A DNA stretch of 64,000 bases from Eledone cirrhosa (Eukaryota): the NCBI GenBank assembly GCA_964016885.1, contig OZ024764.1, positions 1,736,001 to 1,800,000 on the forward strand, given 5' to 3'. The first letter of the stretch is position 1, and the number at the start of each line of letters is the position of its first letter. A program made the translations under genes and the position numbers. Under the pieces are notes generated by a model that was given only the letters and a program-made list of their open reading frames with translations, was not told the DNA's origin and searched no databases. Shown piece by piece: positions 13,063 through 33,370 of the stretch.

Positions 13063-14646
13063 TTAACTCTTTAGCATTTACATTACTCTATATATACTAT
13101 TGTATTGTCACAGTAAAGGCTTTACCTCACATAATATCTCACATAACATTTACATTACTCTATATATACTATTGTATTGTCACAGTAAAGGCTTTACCTC
13201 ACATAATATCTCACATAACATTTACATTACTCTATATATACTATTGTATTGTCACAGTAAAGGCTTTACCTCACATAATATCTCACATAACATTTACATT
13301 ACTCTATATATACTATTGTATTGTCACAGTAAAGGCTTTACCTCACATAATATCTCACATAACATTTACATTACTCTATATATACTATTGTATTGTCACA
13401 GTAAAGGTTTTACCTCACATAATATCTCACATAACATCTACATAACTCTATATATACTATTGTATTGTCACAGTAAAGGCTTTACCTCACATAATATCTC
13501 ACATAGCATTTACATTACTCTATATATACTATTGTATTGTCACAGTAAAGGCTTTACCTCACATAATATCTCACATAACATTTACATTACTCTATATATA
13601 CTATTGTATTGTCACAGTAAAGGCTTTACCTCACATAATATCTCACATAACATTTACATTACTCTATATATACTATTGTATTTTCACAGTAAAGGCTTTA
13701 CCTCACATAATATCTCACATAACATTTACATTACTCTATATATACTATTGTATTGTCACAGTAAAGGCTTTACCTCACATAATATCTCACATAACATTTA
13801 CATTACTCTATATATACTATTGTATTGTCACAGTAAAGGCTTTACCTCACATAATATCTCACATAGCATTTACATTACTCTATATATACTATTGTATTGT
13901 CACAGTAAAGGCTTTACCTCACATAATATCTCACATAACATTTACATTACTCTATATATACTATTGTATTGTCACAGTAAAGGCTTTACCTTACATAATA
14001 TCTCACATAACATTTACATTACTCTATATATACTATTGTATTGTCACAGTAAAGGCTTTACCTCACATAATATCTCACATAACATTTACATTACTCTATA
14101 TATACTATTGTATTTTCACAGTAAAGGCTTTACCTCACATAATATCTCACATAACATTTACATTACTCTATATATACTATTGTATTGTCACAGTAAAGGC
14201 TTTACCTCACATAATATCTCACATAACATTTACATTACTCTATATATACTATTGTATTTTCACAGTAAAGTCTTTACCTCACATAATATCTCACATAGCA
14301 TTTACATTACTCTATATATACTATTGTATTTTCACAGTAAAGGCTTTACCTCACATAATATCTCACATAGCATTTACATTACTCTATATATACTATTGTA
14401 TTTTCACAGTAAAGGCTTTACCTCACATAATATCTCACATAACATTTACATTACTCTATATATACTATTGTATTTTCACAGTAAAGGCTTTATCTATCAT
14501 AATATGAAATCTATGAGATTTTGATATTATTTATTTTGAGAACAATACCTTAACATCAGTATGAGTGGCCAGTTAAGGCCAGTTTGAATGGAAAGGGGTG
14601 AGAGAATTATGGCTGGATATGGTTGGTTTAAATGCTAAAGGGTTAA
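13063..14646 (+). mobile_element. piggyBac-like MITE with 72-bp internal array (about 20 copies)
   Basis: TTAA CTCTTTAGCATTTA ... TAAATGCTAAAGGG TTAA: 14-bp TIR with one mismatch and TTAA duplication. Confidence 0.8.
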
Positions 14647-14711
14647 ATAAGTTTCTGATTTGAATTATCTTGGAGCATGGATCTCGTCAACAGAAAAATA
14701 AATCATCTGGA

Positions 14712-15712
14712 CAGATTTAATGGCAAGACCCTTCAGCTGACGAAGAAGGGTTTCTCTCTGCTTATGAAGGGACGGTTATATGATGCCTGTGTGAGGTGTG
14801 TGATGCTGCATGGTAGTGAGACATGGGCAGCAACTGGGGAGGATATGCGACGGCTGGAGAGAAATGAGGCAAGTATGCTCCGTTGGATGTGCAATGTCAA
14901 TGTGCGTGAACAATGTGTGTGAGCATGGATGAGTTGAGAGAGAAACTGGGTATAAGAAGGATAAGTTGTGGCGTGTGGGAGAGAAGACTGAGATGGTATG
15001 GACATGTGGTGTGTTGAGAGAGAAACTGTGTATAAGAGGGATAAGTTGTGGTGTGTGGGAGAGAAGACTGAGGTGGTATGGACATGTGGTGTGTTGAGAG
15101 AGAAACTGTGTATAAGAGGGATAAGTTGTGGTGTGAGGGAGAGAAGACTGAGATGGTATGGACATGTGATGTGTTGAGAGAGAAACTGTGTATAAGAAGG
15201 ATAAGTTGTGGCGTGTGGGAGAGAAGACTGAGATGGTATGGACATGTGATGTGTTGAGAGAGAAACTGTGTATAAGAGGGATAAGTTGTGGTGTGTGGGA
15301 GAGAAGACTGAGATGGTATGGACATGTGATGTGTTGAGAGAGAAACTGTGTATAAGAAGGATAAGTTGTGGCGTGTGGGAGAGAAGACTGAGATGGTATG
15401 GACATGTGATGTGTTGAGAGAGAAGCTGGATATAAGAGGGATAAGTTGTGGTGTGTGGGAGAGAAGACTGAGATGGTATGGACATGTGATGAACATGGAG
15501 GATGACCGCTGGGTAAAGAAGTGCCAAGAAATCCCAGTAGAAGGAAGACCACGACAAACATGGGCGGAGGTGGTGAGAGCAGACTTCAGATTGCTGAATC
15601 TCACGGAGGAGATGACGAAGGACCGTGACAAGTGGAGAGATGCTGTGCTGAATAGGACCCGTCCCACCCTTGCAAGCAGGGAGAAGTGGACGTAAAATGA
15701 TGATGATGATGA
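14712..15712 (+). mobile_element. RTE LINE 3' fragment with an 80-bp segment repeated 7 times (14931-15490)
   Basis: KGRLYDACVRCVMLHGSETW..MLRWMC..RRLRWYGHV..GRPRQTW; (GAT)n tail. Confidence 0.9.
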
Positions 15713-16024
15713 AGTTTGGCTGGATACACTTGGGGATCAGCCAAATCTGTTGGAGACAGTTGCTTCTGACAGAACCCAGAGTGTTTGAGGATTCTGCCCT
15801 CATTACCCTCTCAGGGGTAAATGGGTGAAGAAATGGGGTTGGGGGTGGTGAGGGTATTATGTGTTCATAAGGTGCAGTGACCCAAAAAGTTTGAGAACCT
15901 CGGGTCTACCAGTCGGGCGCTATTTCAACACAGAAAGTGAAGAGCCCCAAGAAATAGCACAAAGTATTATGTTTGATGCTCTACCAATTCTGTCATTTTA
16001 CTGCACTGGAGTCAATGTAAACAT

Positions 16025-16516
16025 ACTACTACCACCACCACCACAACTACTACCACCACTACTATCACCACTACTATTACCATCACCACTACTACTACTA
16101 CCACTATTACTATCACCACTACTACTACCATCACCGCCACCACTACTGCTGCTACTACTACCACCACCACCACCACTACTACTACTACTACCACTACTAC
16201 CACCACCACCACTACTACTACCATCACCACCACCACTACTGCTGCTACTACTACTACTACCACCACTACCACCACCACTACTACTACCACCACCACCACC
16301 ATCACCACCATCACCACTACCACAGTGCAACAGTTGCATTAACAACACAACTGCAACACTGTTGCAGTTACTCAGCAACAACATCTACAGAAGTAGTAGT
16401 AGTAGTAGTAGTGGTGGTAGTAGTGGTGGTGGTGGTGGTGGTGGTGGTAGCATCATCATCATCATCATTATAATCATAATGTAGTTGCAAGGTAGCTGTA
16501 GTTGTCTCCCCTTCCT

Positions 16517-16547
<31 letters not shown>

Positions 16548-18060
16548 TGTACACACACATACACACACACACACATGTACACACATGTCCACACACACAC
16601 ACTCATGTCCACACACACACATATCCCCACACACACACATGTACACACACACACACACACATGTACACCACACATACACACTACTACTACTACTACCACT
16701 ATTACTATCACCACTACTACTACCATCACCGCCACCACTACTGCTGCTACTACTACCACACACACACACATGTACACACACATACACACACACACATGTA
16801 CACACACATACACACATGTACACACACATACACACACACACACATGTACACACACGTACACACATGTACACACACATACACACATGTACACACACACACA
16901 CACACACATGTAACTAAGACTACTGCAACAGCAGCAGCAGCAGCAGCACTACCAATAACGGCAGCAGCAGCAACAACAGCAGCACTACCAATAACGACAG
17001 CAGCAGCAGCAACAACAGCAGCACTACCAACAACAACATCAGCCGTAGTTGTCTCCCTTGTACAAATAAAATTAACACTACTGCAGCAACAACAGCAGCT
17101 GCACCAACAGCTGCAGATGCAGCAACAACAATAACAGCGGCAACAGCAGCAGCAACAATAACAGCAGTAGTACCATCAGCTGCATCAACAGCAGCAACAG
17201 GAGCTAAACAACAGCAGCAGCATCGATAGCAGCAACAGGAGCTAAACAACAGCAGCAGCATCGATAGCAGCAACAGGAGCTAAACAACAGCAGCAGCATC
17301 GATAGCAGCAACAGGAGCTAAACAACAGCAGCAGCATCGATAGCAGCAACAGGAGCTCAACAGCAACAGTTACATCAATAGCAACAGCAACAGTTGCATC
17401 GACAGCAGCAGCAGTGACAGCAGCAACAGTTGCATCAATAGCAACAGCAACAGCATCGATAGCAGCAACAGGAGCTATACAACAGCAGCAGCAGGGACAG
17501 CAGCAACAGTTACATCAATAGCAACAGCAACAGTTGCATCGATAGCAGCAACAGGAGCTATACAGCAGCAGCAGTGACAGCAGCAACAGTTGCATCAATA
17601 GCAGCAGCAGCAGCATCGACAGCAGCAACAGGAGCTATACAACAGCAGCAGCAGGGACAGCAGCAACAGTTACATCAATAGCAACAGCAACAGCAGCAAC
17701 AGGAGCTAAACAACAGCAGCAGCAGGGACAGCAGCAACAGTTGCATCAATAGCAACAGCAACAGTTGCATCGATAGCAGCAACAGGAGCTAAACAACAGC
17801 AGCAGCAGGGACAGCAGCAACAGTTGCATCAATAGCAACAGCAACAGTTGCACCGATAGCAGCAACAGGAGCTAAATAACAGCAGCAGCAGGTACAGCAG
17901 CAACAGGAGCTAAACAACGGCAGCAGCAGGGACAGCAGCAAGTGGTACAACAATAGGAACAAAAACGACAACAACAGCGGCAGCAGCAATGACAGGAGCA
18001 GTTGCAGCTGCAGCAACAGCAGCAGCATCTGGAACAAATGTAGCAACAGCAGCAGCAGCC
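16025..18060. repeat. (CCA/CTA)n, (CA)n and CAG/CAA-rich compound repeats
   Basis: Directly visible; the CAG region is interrupted by stops and frame shifts. Confidence 0.9.
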
Positions 18061-18118
18061 TGTTGCCTTGGATGTTACTGCTGGATAGAATTGGATTAAT
18101 GGAGCTCTCTTGTCTATG

Positions 18119-18410
18119 TACACCGTCTACCTTGGATCTATATACACCTAGTGACACTTTCTACACCGTCTATCTTGGATATATATACCCCTAGTGACAC
18201 TTTCTACACCGTCTATCTTGGATATATACACCTAGTGACACTTTCTACACCGTCTATCTTGGATATATATACCCCTAGTGACACTTTCTACACCGTCTAC
18301 CTTGGATATATATACACCTAGTGACACTTTCTACACCGTCTACCTTGGATATATATACCCCTAGTGACACTTTCTACACCGTCTATCTTGGATATATATA
18401 CCTAGTGACT
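18119..18410. repeat. 41-43-bp minisatellite, about 7 copies
   Basis: Unit TACACCGTCTA(C/T)CTTGGATATATACACCTAGTGACACTTTC. Confidence 0.9.
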
Positions 18411-18427
18411 GCTTGTACAACATCTGA

Positions 18428-18460
<33 letters not shown>

Positions 18461-18544
18461 ATATATATTTAGAGACAGCTTGTACCTTGTCCACCTTGGA
18501 TATACATACATTTAGTTACAATTTGTACATTGTCTAGTTTGGAG

Positions 18545-23390
<4,846 letters not shown>

Positions 23391-23939
23391 CACTATATCA
23401 AGCCACATCCATCTCCCCTCATCTCTCTCCAAGCACCTCTTGCTTGTTCAAGACAGGACGAGACAAACGAAGAAGGACAGTTCAGATCAATAAAATAACG
23501 TCCCAGACTAATACTACGGAGGGTATGTAGATTTTAAACCAGAGCTTCATCTCCTTCCCCATCAAAATTGCCAGGTTTCCCTGGGTGAGTAGGGTCACCA
23601 TACACCAAGTCAGTACTTATTTAGGTGCCTAAATTGGAAACCAACAAAATATGTGAAGGCTGGATTCAATTAACTTCATTTATTGTTGTATAATACGTAT
23701 TTCTGGGGCCAATTAGTTACGCCAGCAGACGTAGTGCTTTTTGCTTATTGCACATTATACCATATGGTTGGCTGATCAGAGTGACTGGATCACAAACCCA
23801 GCTACCTGTTAGTTACATTATACACCGTAAATATATATATATGTTTGTCAATACACAATCAGCGGGTGTCCAGTGTCTTTTATGGAGAAAGGTTTTCGTT
23901 TGAGGGGTTTCTGAGTTGATATAGTGGTCTCTCCGGATC

Positions 23940-24146
23940 TTGGACCATAACGCACCAAAGTACTCAATACTTAGGGTAGTAGAGAGGGAAATAGGACGTA
24001 GTAGGGTCAGAAAGTGCTCTACTACGGGAATAGGAGCTAGATAACGAAGGAAATGTGGTAAGGAACCAAGTGGACCATAACGCACCAAAGTACTCAATAC
24101 TTAGTGTAGTAGAGTGGGTAAGCTGTCGGGGTCCTACTCGTTCCTA
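23940..24146. mobile_element. TA-embedded family F4 (other copies 25515-25583, 29927-30068, 49310-49460, 53070-53221, 59795-59862, 62050-62461)
   Basis: Shared GGACCATAACGCACCAAAGTACTCAATACTTAGGGTAGTAGAG and GACCCCGACGGC motifs; frequent fold-backs. Confidence 0.8.
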
Positions 24147-24169
24147 TATATATATATATATATATATAT

Positions 24170-24368
24170 ATTCACACATATATATTCATATACACACATA
24201 GACACAGAAACACACACACATTGACACATATATACATACAATCATACACATATACACACACTGATTCACATACAGACATATATATATTCATATAGACACG
24301 CAAACACACACATACTGACACACTACCAATATATATATATATACACACACACACTGATTCACACACAC

Positions 24369-24419
<51 letters not shown>

Positions 24420-25400
24420 TGATTCACATACACACATTATATACATATATATATATACACACTCACATTCACATACACAGATTATATATTATACACACAC
24501 ACTGATTCACATACATACATTATATTTATATACACACATACTCACATTCACATACAAACATTATATATATACACACACACACTGATTCACATACATACAT
24601 TATATATACATATACACACTCACATTCACATACAAACATTATATATATACACACACACACTGATTCACATACATACATTATATATACATATACACACTCA
24701 CATTCACATACAAACATTATATATATACACACACACACTGATTCACATACATACATTATATATACATATACACACTCACATTCACATACATACATTATAT
24801 ATATACACACACACACTGATTCACATACAAACATTATATATATATACACATACTCACATTCACATACACACATTATATATATATACACATACTCACATTC
24901 ACATACACACATTATATATACACACACATACTCACATTCACATACACACATTATATATATATACACATACTCACATTCACATACACACATTATATATATA
25001 CACACATACTCACATTCACATACACACATTATATATATACACACATACTCACATTCACATATATACATTATATATATATACACATACTCACATTCACATA
25101 TATACATTATATATATACACACATACTCACATTCACATACACACATTATATATATACACACATACTCACATTCACATATATACATTATATCTATATATAC
25201 ACACACTGATTCACATATATACATTATATATATATACACATACTCACATTCACATATATACATTATATATATATACACATACTCACATTCACATATATAC
25301 ATTATATATATACACACATACTCACATTCACATACACACATTATATATATACACATACTCACATTCACATACACACATTATATCTATATACACACACACA
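24170..25400. repeat. CA/TA-based minisatellite of about 38-40 bp
   Basis: Recurrent CTCACATTCACATAC..CATTATATATATACAC. Confidence 0.9.
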
Positions 25401-25582
25401 CTACCAATAGTTGATAATGTTTTATTGATTTGACAGTCACTGTTAAACAAATATAGCTGTACTATATATACATATATATATACATACATATATACATACA
25501 TATATATACACACAAAGAGGGGGTGGTAACATACCAGGTGGACTATATCGGCCATTTGAATCTCGCTGTCGGGGTCCTGATC

Positions 25583-25615
<33 letters not shown>

Positions 25616-26440
25616 TACACACATACACACATACTCTCTCTCTCACACACATACACATATATATATTATCTATTTAATTAACACCCAAGCTTTTCATATT
25701 CTCACATTTTGCTTCATTTCTCTTCATCATCATCATCATCAGATTGCTGGTCTTGTACCATATTATTATTATTATTATTATTATTTCACTGGAGTTGATT
25801 TAATCAACTTTGCCACTCTCCCTTATATCTACACCAGAAACCCTTATTTCTATCATTATTATTAACCAGTAATACACTGGGGTAATTGCTGGCCTTGTGC
25901 CAAAAGTAGAAACAATTATTATTACTAGCTGGCCTCGTGCCATCAGAAATGATGGCTAATTGTAATATCTATACATAATATAAAAAAGAGATGTTAGTTG
26001 GTTCCTTCTCACTCACAAGTGATACACACAGCTGTGACGAATCTTAGGACGCTGGACTTCTATAGTTTCTCACCCCTTCCTCCCTCGGTCGACATAACCA
26101 CCCCTCCCTTCCTCACTCAACGTAACCACCCCTCCCTCCTTCAGTCGACGTTATCACCCCTCCCTTCCTCACTCGACATCATCACCCCTCCCTTCCTCAC
26201 TCGACATCATCACCCCTCCCTTCCTCACTCCACGTTATCACCCCTCCCTTCCTCTGTCGATATAACCACCCCTCCCTTCCTCGATATAAACAACTTTCCT
26301 CTTCCCTTCAAATTGCTTGTGTTGTGCCTAAATCAGAAACCACCATTTTTATTATTTTTATTTTTATTTTTATTATTACCAGTAACATACTGGGGTCGAT
26401 TTAATCAAGTTTCTCATCCCCTTAAAACTGCTTAAATCAG

Positions 26441-26482
<42 letters not shown>

Positions 26483-26784
26483 CTATCTTTTTCATTAGTA
26501 TTTTCATCTCTTCTTTGTCTCTGTCATCCTCATCACAATCGTCGTCGTGGCAACGCTGTCGATGGTGATGACACTGGTAACCACGTGCCAACATCCTTCT
26601 ACAGACTGTAATGGGTGGCAGCAGTCTGAAGCATTACAGCAGTAGTAGTAGTAGTAGTAGTAGTAGTGGTTTTATTAGTTGTAGAAGTAGTAGTAACAGT
26701 CACGCCAACACTAACACCACTATCTTTGCTGTCCCCTTCTCTCTTTTCCTCTACATCTCCCTCTCTACCTTGCCCGCGTCCCCT

Positions 26785-27030
26785 ACCAGTCCGAGGTTGT
26801 TTGGGCCACGTCTAATAACCCCCACTGCCAGTTGTCTCCCTTGAATAACTGGCTGAGCACCTCGTGCCCTACCAGTCGGAGAACGTTTGGGCCACGTCTA
26901 ATAACCCCCACTGCCAGTTGTCTCCCTTGAATAACTGGCTGAGCACCTCGTGCCATACCAGTCCGAGGTTGTTTGGGCCACATTTAATAACCCCCACTGC
27001 CAGTTGTCTCCCTTGAATAACTGGCTGAGC
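26785..27030. repeat. 86-bp unit x3
   Basis: ACCAGTC at 26785, 26871, 26957. Confidence 0.9.
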
Positions 27031-27134
27031 ACCCAACCGACCAGCTGACCAGTCAAGCCTGAAACATTTCCTTTATCGCAACACTCTTGAAAGTTTTGGA
27101 GCCTGGATGTGAGGTTTAAAATCTGTGCTTTGCT

Positions 27135-27350
27135 CTTCGTTAAATCACTGAACATATTTATATCTTCGTTAAATCACTGAACATATTTATATCTTCGTTA
27201 AATCACTGAACATATTTATATCTTCATTAAATTACTGAACATATTTATATCTTCGTTAAATTACTGAACATATTTATATCTTCGTTAAATCACTGAACAT
27301 ATTTATATCTTCGTTAAATCACTGAACATATTTATATCTTCGTTAAATTT
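27135..27350. repeat. 29-bp minisatellite, about 7 copies
   Basis: TCTTCGTTAAATCACTGAACATATTTATA. Confidence 0.9.
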
Positions 27351-27359
27351 CTGAATATA

Positions 27360-28020
27360 TCTATATCTATATCTGAAATTTCAAATTTCCAATCAGTCAA
27401 CTGGAGGCTAACTAACAGGCTTGCTGTAAAAACTGGTGAAGACATACATTAAACTGTCCTTGACTGGCTAGTGAAGTTACAAACGGCCAGAGAACCAGTT
27501 TTAATTCTCTTCTCTTGTATTAAATCCCTGGATATATTTATATGTAAATCTGAAATATCAAATCTGTCAACTAGTGGCTAACTCTGTACAAAGTGGACAG
27601 GACATAAGCTGAATTGAACTGATTTGGCTAATATATCCACAAAGCCAGAGAGACAGTTTCAAACTTCTGCCGTACTCTATACTCGATTGCTGGACACATT
27701 TATATTTAAATTTGAACTCTGACATTGGTCAACTAGTGGCTAACTCTGTATAAAGTGGACAGGACATAAGCTGAATTGAACTGATTTGGCTAGAGTAGCC
27801 ACGAACCTGGAGACCCAGTTTCAAATCTCTAACTCTGTACTGGAGTATTGGACACATTTATATGTAAACCTGAACATTTAGCTGTCACTGGTCAACCAGT
27901 GGCCTACTGACTGTAGAAATTGGACAGACCAGAAGCCATACTGTTCTGGACTGGCCAGTGTAGCCCCAAAGTCAGAGAACGAGTTTCAAATCTCTGCTAT
28001 ACTCTGTACTGGAGTACTGG

Positions 28021-28072
<52 letters not shown>

Positions 28073-28630
28073 GTGTGTAAACCTGAAAACTTAGCTCTCA
28101 CATCAATCAACCAGTGTCCAGTTGGCTGTAGAAAGTGGACTGGCTAGTGAAGCCCCAAAGACTGAGAGCTAGTTTAAAATCTCTGCTGTACTCTATACTG
28201 GAGTAGTGGACACATATATATATATATATATATGTACATCTGAAAACTTAGCTCTCACATCAATCAACCAGTGTCCATCTGGCTGTAGAAAGTGGACAGG
28301 ACATAAGTTAAACTGTCCTGGACTGGCCCAGAGAACCAATTTCAGTTCTCTGTTTGATCTTTCATTATATTGCTGGACACATTTACATGTAAATCTGACA
28401 TCTAACATTGGTCAACCAGTGTCCATCTGGCTGTAGAAAGTGGACAGGACATAAGTTAAACTGCCAGAGAGCCAGTTCTAAATCTCTGTTTTGCCCTTCA
28501 TCAAATTTTTAGATATATATGTAAACCTGAAATCTGAAATTTCCAATTGGTCACCCAGTGGCCGGTTGGCTGGCTTTAGAAAGAGGACGGGATAGTGGCT
28601 AAACTATCGTGGACTGATTAGTGAAGCCAC
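27360..28630. repeat. Old, diverged tandem repeat (roughly 160-180-bp unit, about 8 copies)
   Basis: Recurring CTGTAGAAAGTGGACAGGACATAAG, GGTCAACCAGTG and TGGACACATTTATATGTAAA. Confidence 0.75.
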
Positions 28631-28679
28631 AAAAGGGGAGGGTTCAATTCCCTACCTTGGACAAGTTCCTCTAACCACG

Positions 28680-28775
28680 TTTCACCATCTCCAGTGGTAA
28701 TATTTCACCCAGTTTTCTCAACTATTATTTATAGGGATTAACTTTTATTGTAGTCACCTGCTTTGGGACGACTGC

Positions 28776-28831
<56 letters not shown>

Positions 28832-28917
28832 TTAGTATATATATAATATACTGTATTTTCTTTCGGTATACAGTTATTTCTCTCTCTCTATATATATATA
28901 CATATCTCTTCTACATT

Positions 28918-28987
<70 letters not shown>

Positions 28988-29048
28988 TCATATATACATA
29001 TATTATTTGTATTGGTTACTCATTTGCATTGGGGCAACTACCTTTCAA

Positions 29049-29087
<39 letters not shown>

Positions 29088-29168
29088 CGTACACCCACTC
29101 ATGCACATATATATATATATGAATATATACGTTCACACACTCATACATATATATAAATAAATACGTAC

Positions 29169-29199
<31 letters not shown>

Positions 29200-29280
29200 C
29201 GTACACACACTCATGCACATATATATATGAATATATACGTTCACACACTCATACATATATATAAATAAATACGTACACAT

Positions 29281-29311
<31 letters not shown>

Positions 29312-29320
29312 CGTACACAT

Positions 29321-29362
<42 letters not shown>

Positions 29363-29404
29363 GTACACACACTCATACATATATATAAATATATACGTAC
29401 ACAT

Positions 29405-29435
<31 letters not shown>

Positions 29436-29444
29436 CGTACACAT

Positions 29445-29477
<33 letters not shown>

Positions 29478-29704
29478 CGTACACACACTCATACATATAT
29501 ATAAATATATACGTACACATACACACATATATATATATATAAATATAAAACCTCATATACATTACCTTTTACATACATACATATAAATATATACATATAT
29601 ATTTATTTATATACACTTTCTTTCCATCCCCAGTATTTTACTAAATTATTTTAACTATTTATACCAACTATTATTATAATCATTTACTTTGGGACAACTA
29701 CATT

Positions 29705-29757
<53 letters not shown>

Positions 29758-30320
29758 TATTTATATACACTTTTCTCTATCTCCAGTGGTACTTTACTAA
29801 ATCTTTTCCACTATTATTATACACATTTCCATTGGGAGCGACTACATTCCATATTTATATACACTTTTCCCCACTATTATCCTAGTCACTTCCGTTGGGA
29901 GCAACTACACTATATATATATATATAACAAAGGAAGTGTGATAAGGAACCAGGTGGACCATAACGCACCAGAGTACTCAATACTTAGGGTAGTAGAGTGC
30001 GTAATAGGAATATATTCAAGACCCCGACGGCAGAGCTCAAGCCGTTTCGACGGCTATTTCTGGACTATATAAATATATATATATATATATATAAATATAT
30101 ATATTTATATATACACACACATATTTATAAACAGTTTTCTCCTCTATTATCCTAGTCACTTCCATTGGGAGCAACTACACTCCAAACATATATAAATACA
30201 TATATATAAATATATATTTATATTTATATATACACTCACACATACATTTATATACACTTTTATTTTAGTCACTTCCGTTGGGAGCAACTTCACTCCAAAC
30301 ATATATAAATATATAAATAC

Positions 30321-30376
<56 letters not shown>

Positions 30377-30570
30377 TCACACACACATTTATATACACTT
30401 TTCCTCCCCACTATTAATCTAGTCACTTCCGTTGGGAGCAACTACACTCCAAACATATATAAATATATAAATACATATATATATATATATTTATATATAC
30501 ACTCACACACACATTTATATACACTATTATTCTAGTCACTTCCGTTGGGAGCAACTACACTCCAAATAAA
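28680..30570. repeat. Degenerate repeat interleaved with TA/CA tracts
   Basis: Motif TAGTCACTTCC(A/G)TTGGGAGCAACTACACTCC recurs about 8 times. Confidence 0.75.
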
Positions 30571-30804
30571 CTTTTCCTAGGTTGTCTCCCCTTAAAACAG
30601 CCACTATTCTCAATATTACTCTTATTATTACTTATATTATTCTTAGTATTATCATAGTTGTGTTGTTGTTGTTATTATCATCTTTATTATATTATCTCTA
30701 CTACAATTACTTTTCATCTTCTTCTTCCTCTTCTTCTTCTTCTTCTTCTGCTGACGCTGACGACGTGGAACGGTAGAGCAACATAAGCCAGCACAACAGT
30801 CTTA

Positions 30805-30851
30805 TATATATATATATATATTATATATATATATATAATATATAATATATA

Positions 30852-30889
<38 letters not shown>

Positions 30890-31193
30890 ATATATATATA
30901 ATTATATAATATATATATATATAATATATATATAATATATATAATATATAATATATAAATATATATATAATATATATATAATATATATTATATATAATAT
31001 ATAATATATATATAATATATATATATATATATTATATATACATTAAATATATAATATATAAATAATATATATATATATATATAGACAGACACAGACATAC
31101 ACACTATATATATATATATAGTATAGATATATATATATACATATAGTATATATATACACAGACACCAACACATTTTATATATATATATATACC

Positions 31194-31231
<38 letters not shown>

Positions 31232-32250
31232 GTGTTTGTGGTCATTTCTGTTGTTTTAATATTCAGATGAAAGACCGGCTTACACTCTTCACTCTTACTT
31301 AGACTCTACTCTTCACTCCACTCTTACTCCACTCCACTCTAACTTCACTCAACTTTACTTTCATTTCATTCTCACTTCACTCCACTCTCACTCCACTCTC
31401 ACTTCATTCCATTCTCACTCCCCTCTCACAGAAAGGCATGAACCTCACAACATTACCTCCTTCAGTCAATCATTTCATTTGTATTGGTTTTTATTGAGGT
31501 TTGTTTTTATCTTTTAGTTTTAGTTTTTCTCCAACTGCTACAACAACACCACCACCACCAACAACAACACAACACCACCACCACCAACAACAACACTAAC
31601 AACAACAACAACAACACAACACCACCACCACCAACAACACTAACAACACCAACAACAACACAACACCACCACCACCAACAACAACACTAACAACAACAAC
31701 AACAACACAACACCACCACCACCAACAACAACACTAACAACACCAACACCACAAACAACACCAACACCACCACAAACAACAGCACTAACAACACCAACAA
31801 CAACACCACCACCACCACAAACAATAACACTAACAACACCAACACCACCACCAACAACAACAACACAACACCACCAACAACACCACAAACAACAACACTA
31901 ACAACACCAACAATAACACTAACAACACCAACACCACCACCACCACCACCAACAACACAACACCACCACCACCAACAACACAACACCAACAACACTTCCA
32001 CCACCACAAACAACGACACTAACAACACCAACACCACCACCAACAACAACAACACCAACACCACCACCAACAACAACAACACCAACACCACCACCACCAA
32101 CAACAACAACACAACACCACCACCAACAACACAACACCACCACCACAAACAACAACACTAACAACACCAACAACAACACCACCACCACAAACAACAACAA
32201 CACGACACCATCACCACCAACAACAACAACAACAACACAACACCACCACA
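30805..32250. repeat. (TA)n, (CACTC)n and (CAA/CCA)n simple repeats
   Basis: Directly visible. Confidence 0.9.
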
Positions 32251-32469
32251 CTAACCCTAACCCACATCATATGGCTCTTGTATTTATTGACCAAACACAC
32301 ACAGAAATTTACTGACTAACAAACTTTGTAGACCTATCAAACCCACATATAGATCTTGGGACTGTTCAACAAACACACACCAGTTTAATAACCAACTTTG
32401 TAAACCTGTGAAACCCCACATCATATTATGCCTGTCCCTATTGAGTAATAAGAGAGCCTGAGTAACAAA

Positions 32470-33165
32470 TTTTGTAAACCAGTCAAACCCTCAAGATTCA
32501 ACACATTTAATACCAAACCAACTTTGTAAACCAGTCAAACCCTCAAGATTCAACAAATTTAATACTAACCAAACTTTGTAAACCAGTCAAAACCTCAAGA
32601 TTCAACAAATTTAATACTAACCAAACTTTGTAAACCAGTCAAACCCTCAAGATTCAACAAATTTAATACTAACCAAACTTTGTAAACCAGTCAAACCCTC
32701 AAGATTCAACAAATTTAATACTAACCAAACTTTGTAAACCAGTCAAACCCTCAAGATTCAACAAATTTAATACTAACCAAACTTTGTAAACCAGTCAAAC
32801 CCTCAAGATTCAACAAATTTAATACTAACCAAACTTTGTAAACCAGTCAAACCCTCAAGATTCAACAAATTTAATACTAACCAAACTTTGTAAACCAGTC
32901 AAACCCTCAAGATTCAACAAATTTAATACTAACCAACTTTGTAAACCAGTCAAACCCTCAAGATTCAACAAATTTAATACTAACCAAACTTTGTAAACCA
33001 GTCAAACCCTCAAGATTCAACAAATTTAATACTAACCAAACTTTGTAAACCAGTCAAACCCTCAAGATTCAACAAATTTAATACTAACCAAACTTTGTAA
33101 ACCAGTCAAACCCTCAAGATTCAACAAATTTAATACTAACCAACTTTGTAAACCAGTCAAACCCA
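32470..33165. repeat. 52-bp tandem array, about 13 copies
   Basis: AAACTTTGTAAACCAGTCAAACCCTCAAGATTCAACAAATTTAATACTAACC. Confidence 0.95.
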
Positions 33166-33370
33166 CGTTGTATGGTGGATATCAGTTAAAATTCTGTGGA
33201 ATTCAAATTTATCTGTGTATATATCTATCTGTGTGTGAGTGTATATATCTATCTGTGAGTGTGTGTATCTCAGTCTGTGAGTGTGTCTGTGACTTTTGAT
33301 AGACTTGGTATAGACTGAAGAAGTCTTTATCTACATCTGTAGATCTATATATCTACACATCTATACATCT

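Noticed and set aside
13100-14524. 474-aa repeat ORF
   Set aside because: Consequence of a stop-free 72-bp unit inside a MITE.
16920-18060. Possible polyglutamine exon
   Set aside because: Units shift frame and contain TAA/TAG; no splice signals.
23690-23785. GAAATACGTATT palindromic stem III-like motif on the minus strand
   Set aside because: No intact CUGANGA with a matching stem I.
28645-28660. tRNA B-box-like GGTTCAATTCC; tRNA-like SINE heads elsewhere
   Set aside because: No cloverleaf; SINE heads are not tRNA genes.
32251-32263. CTAACCCTAACCC telomere-like repeat
   Set aside because: Only two units.
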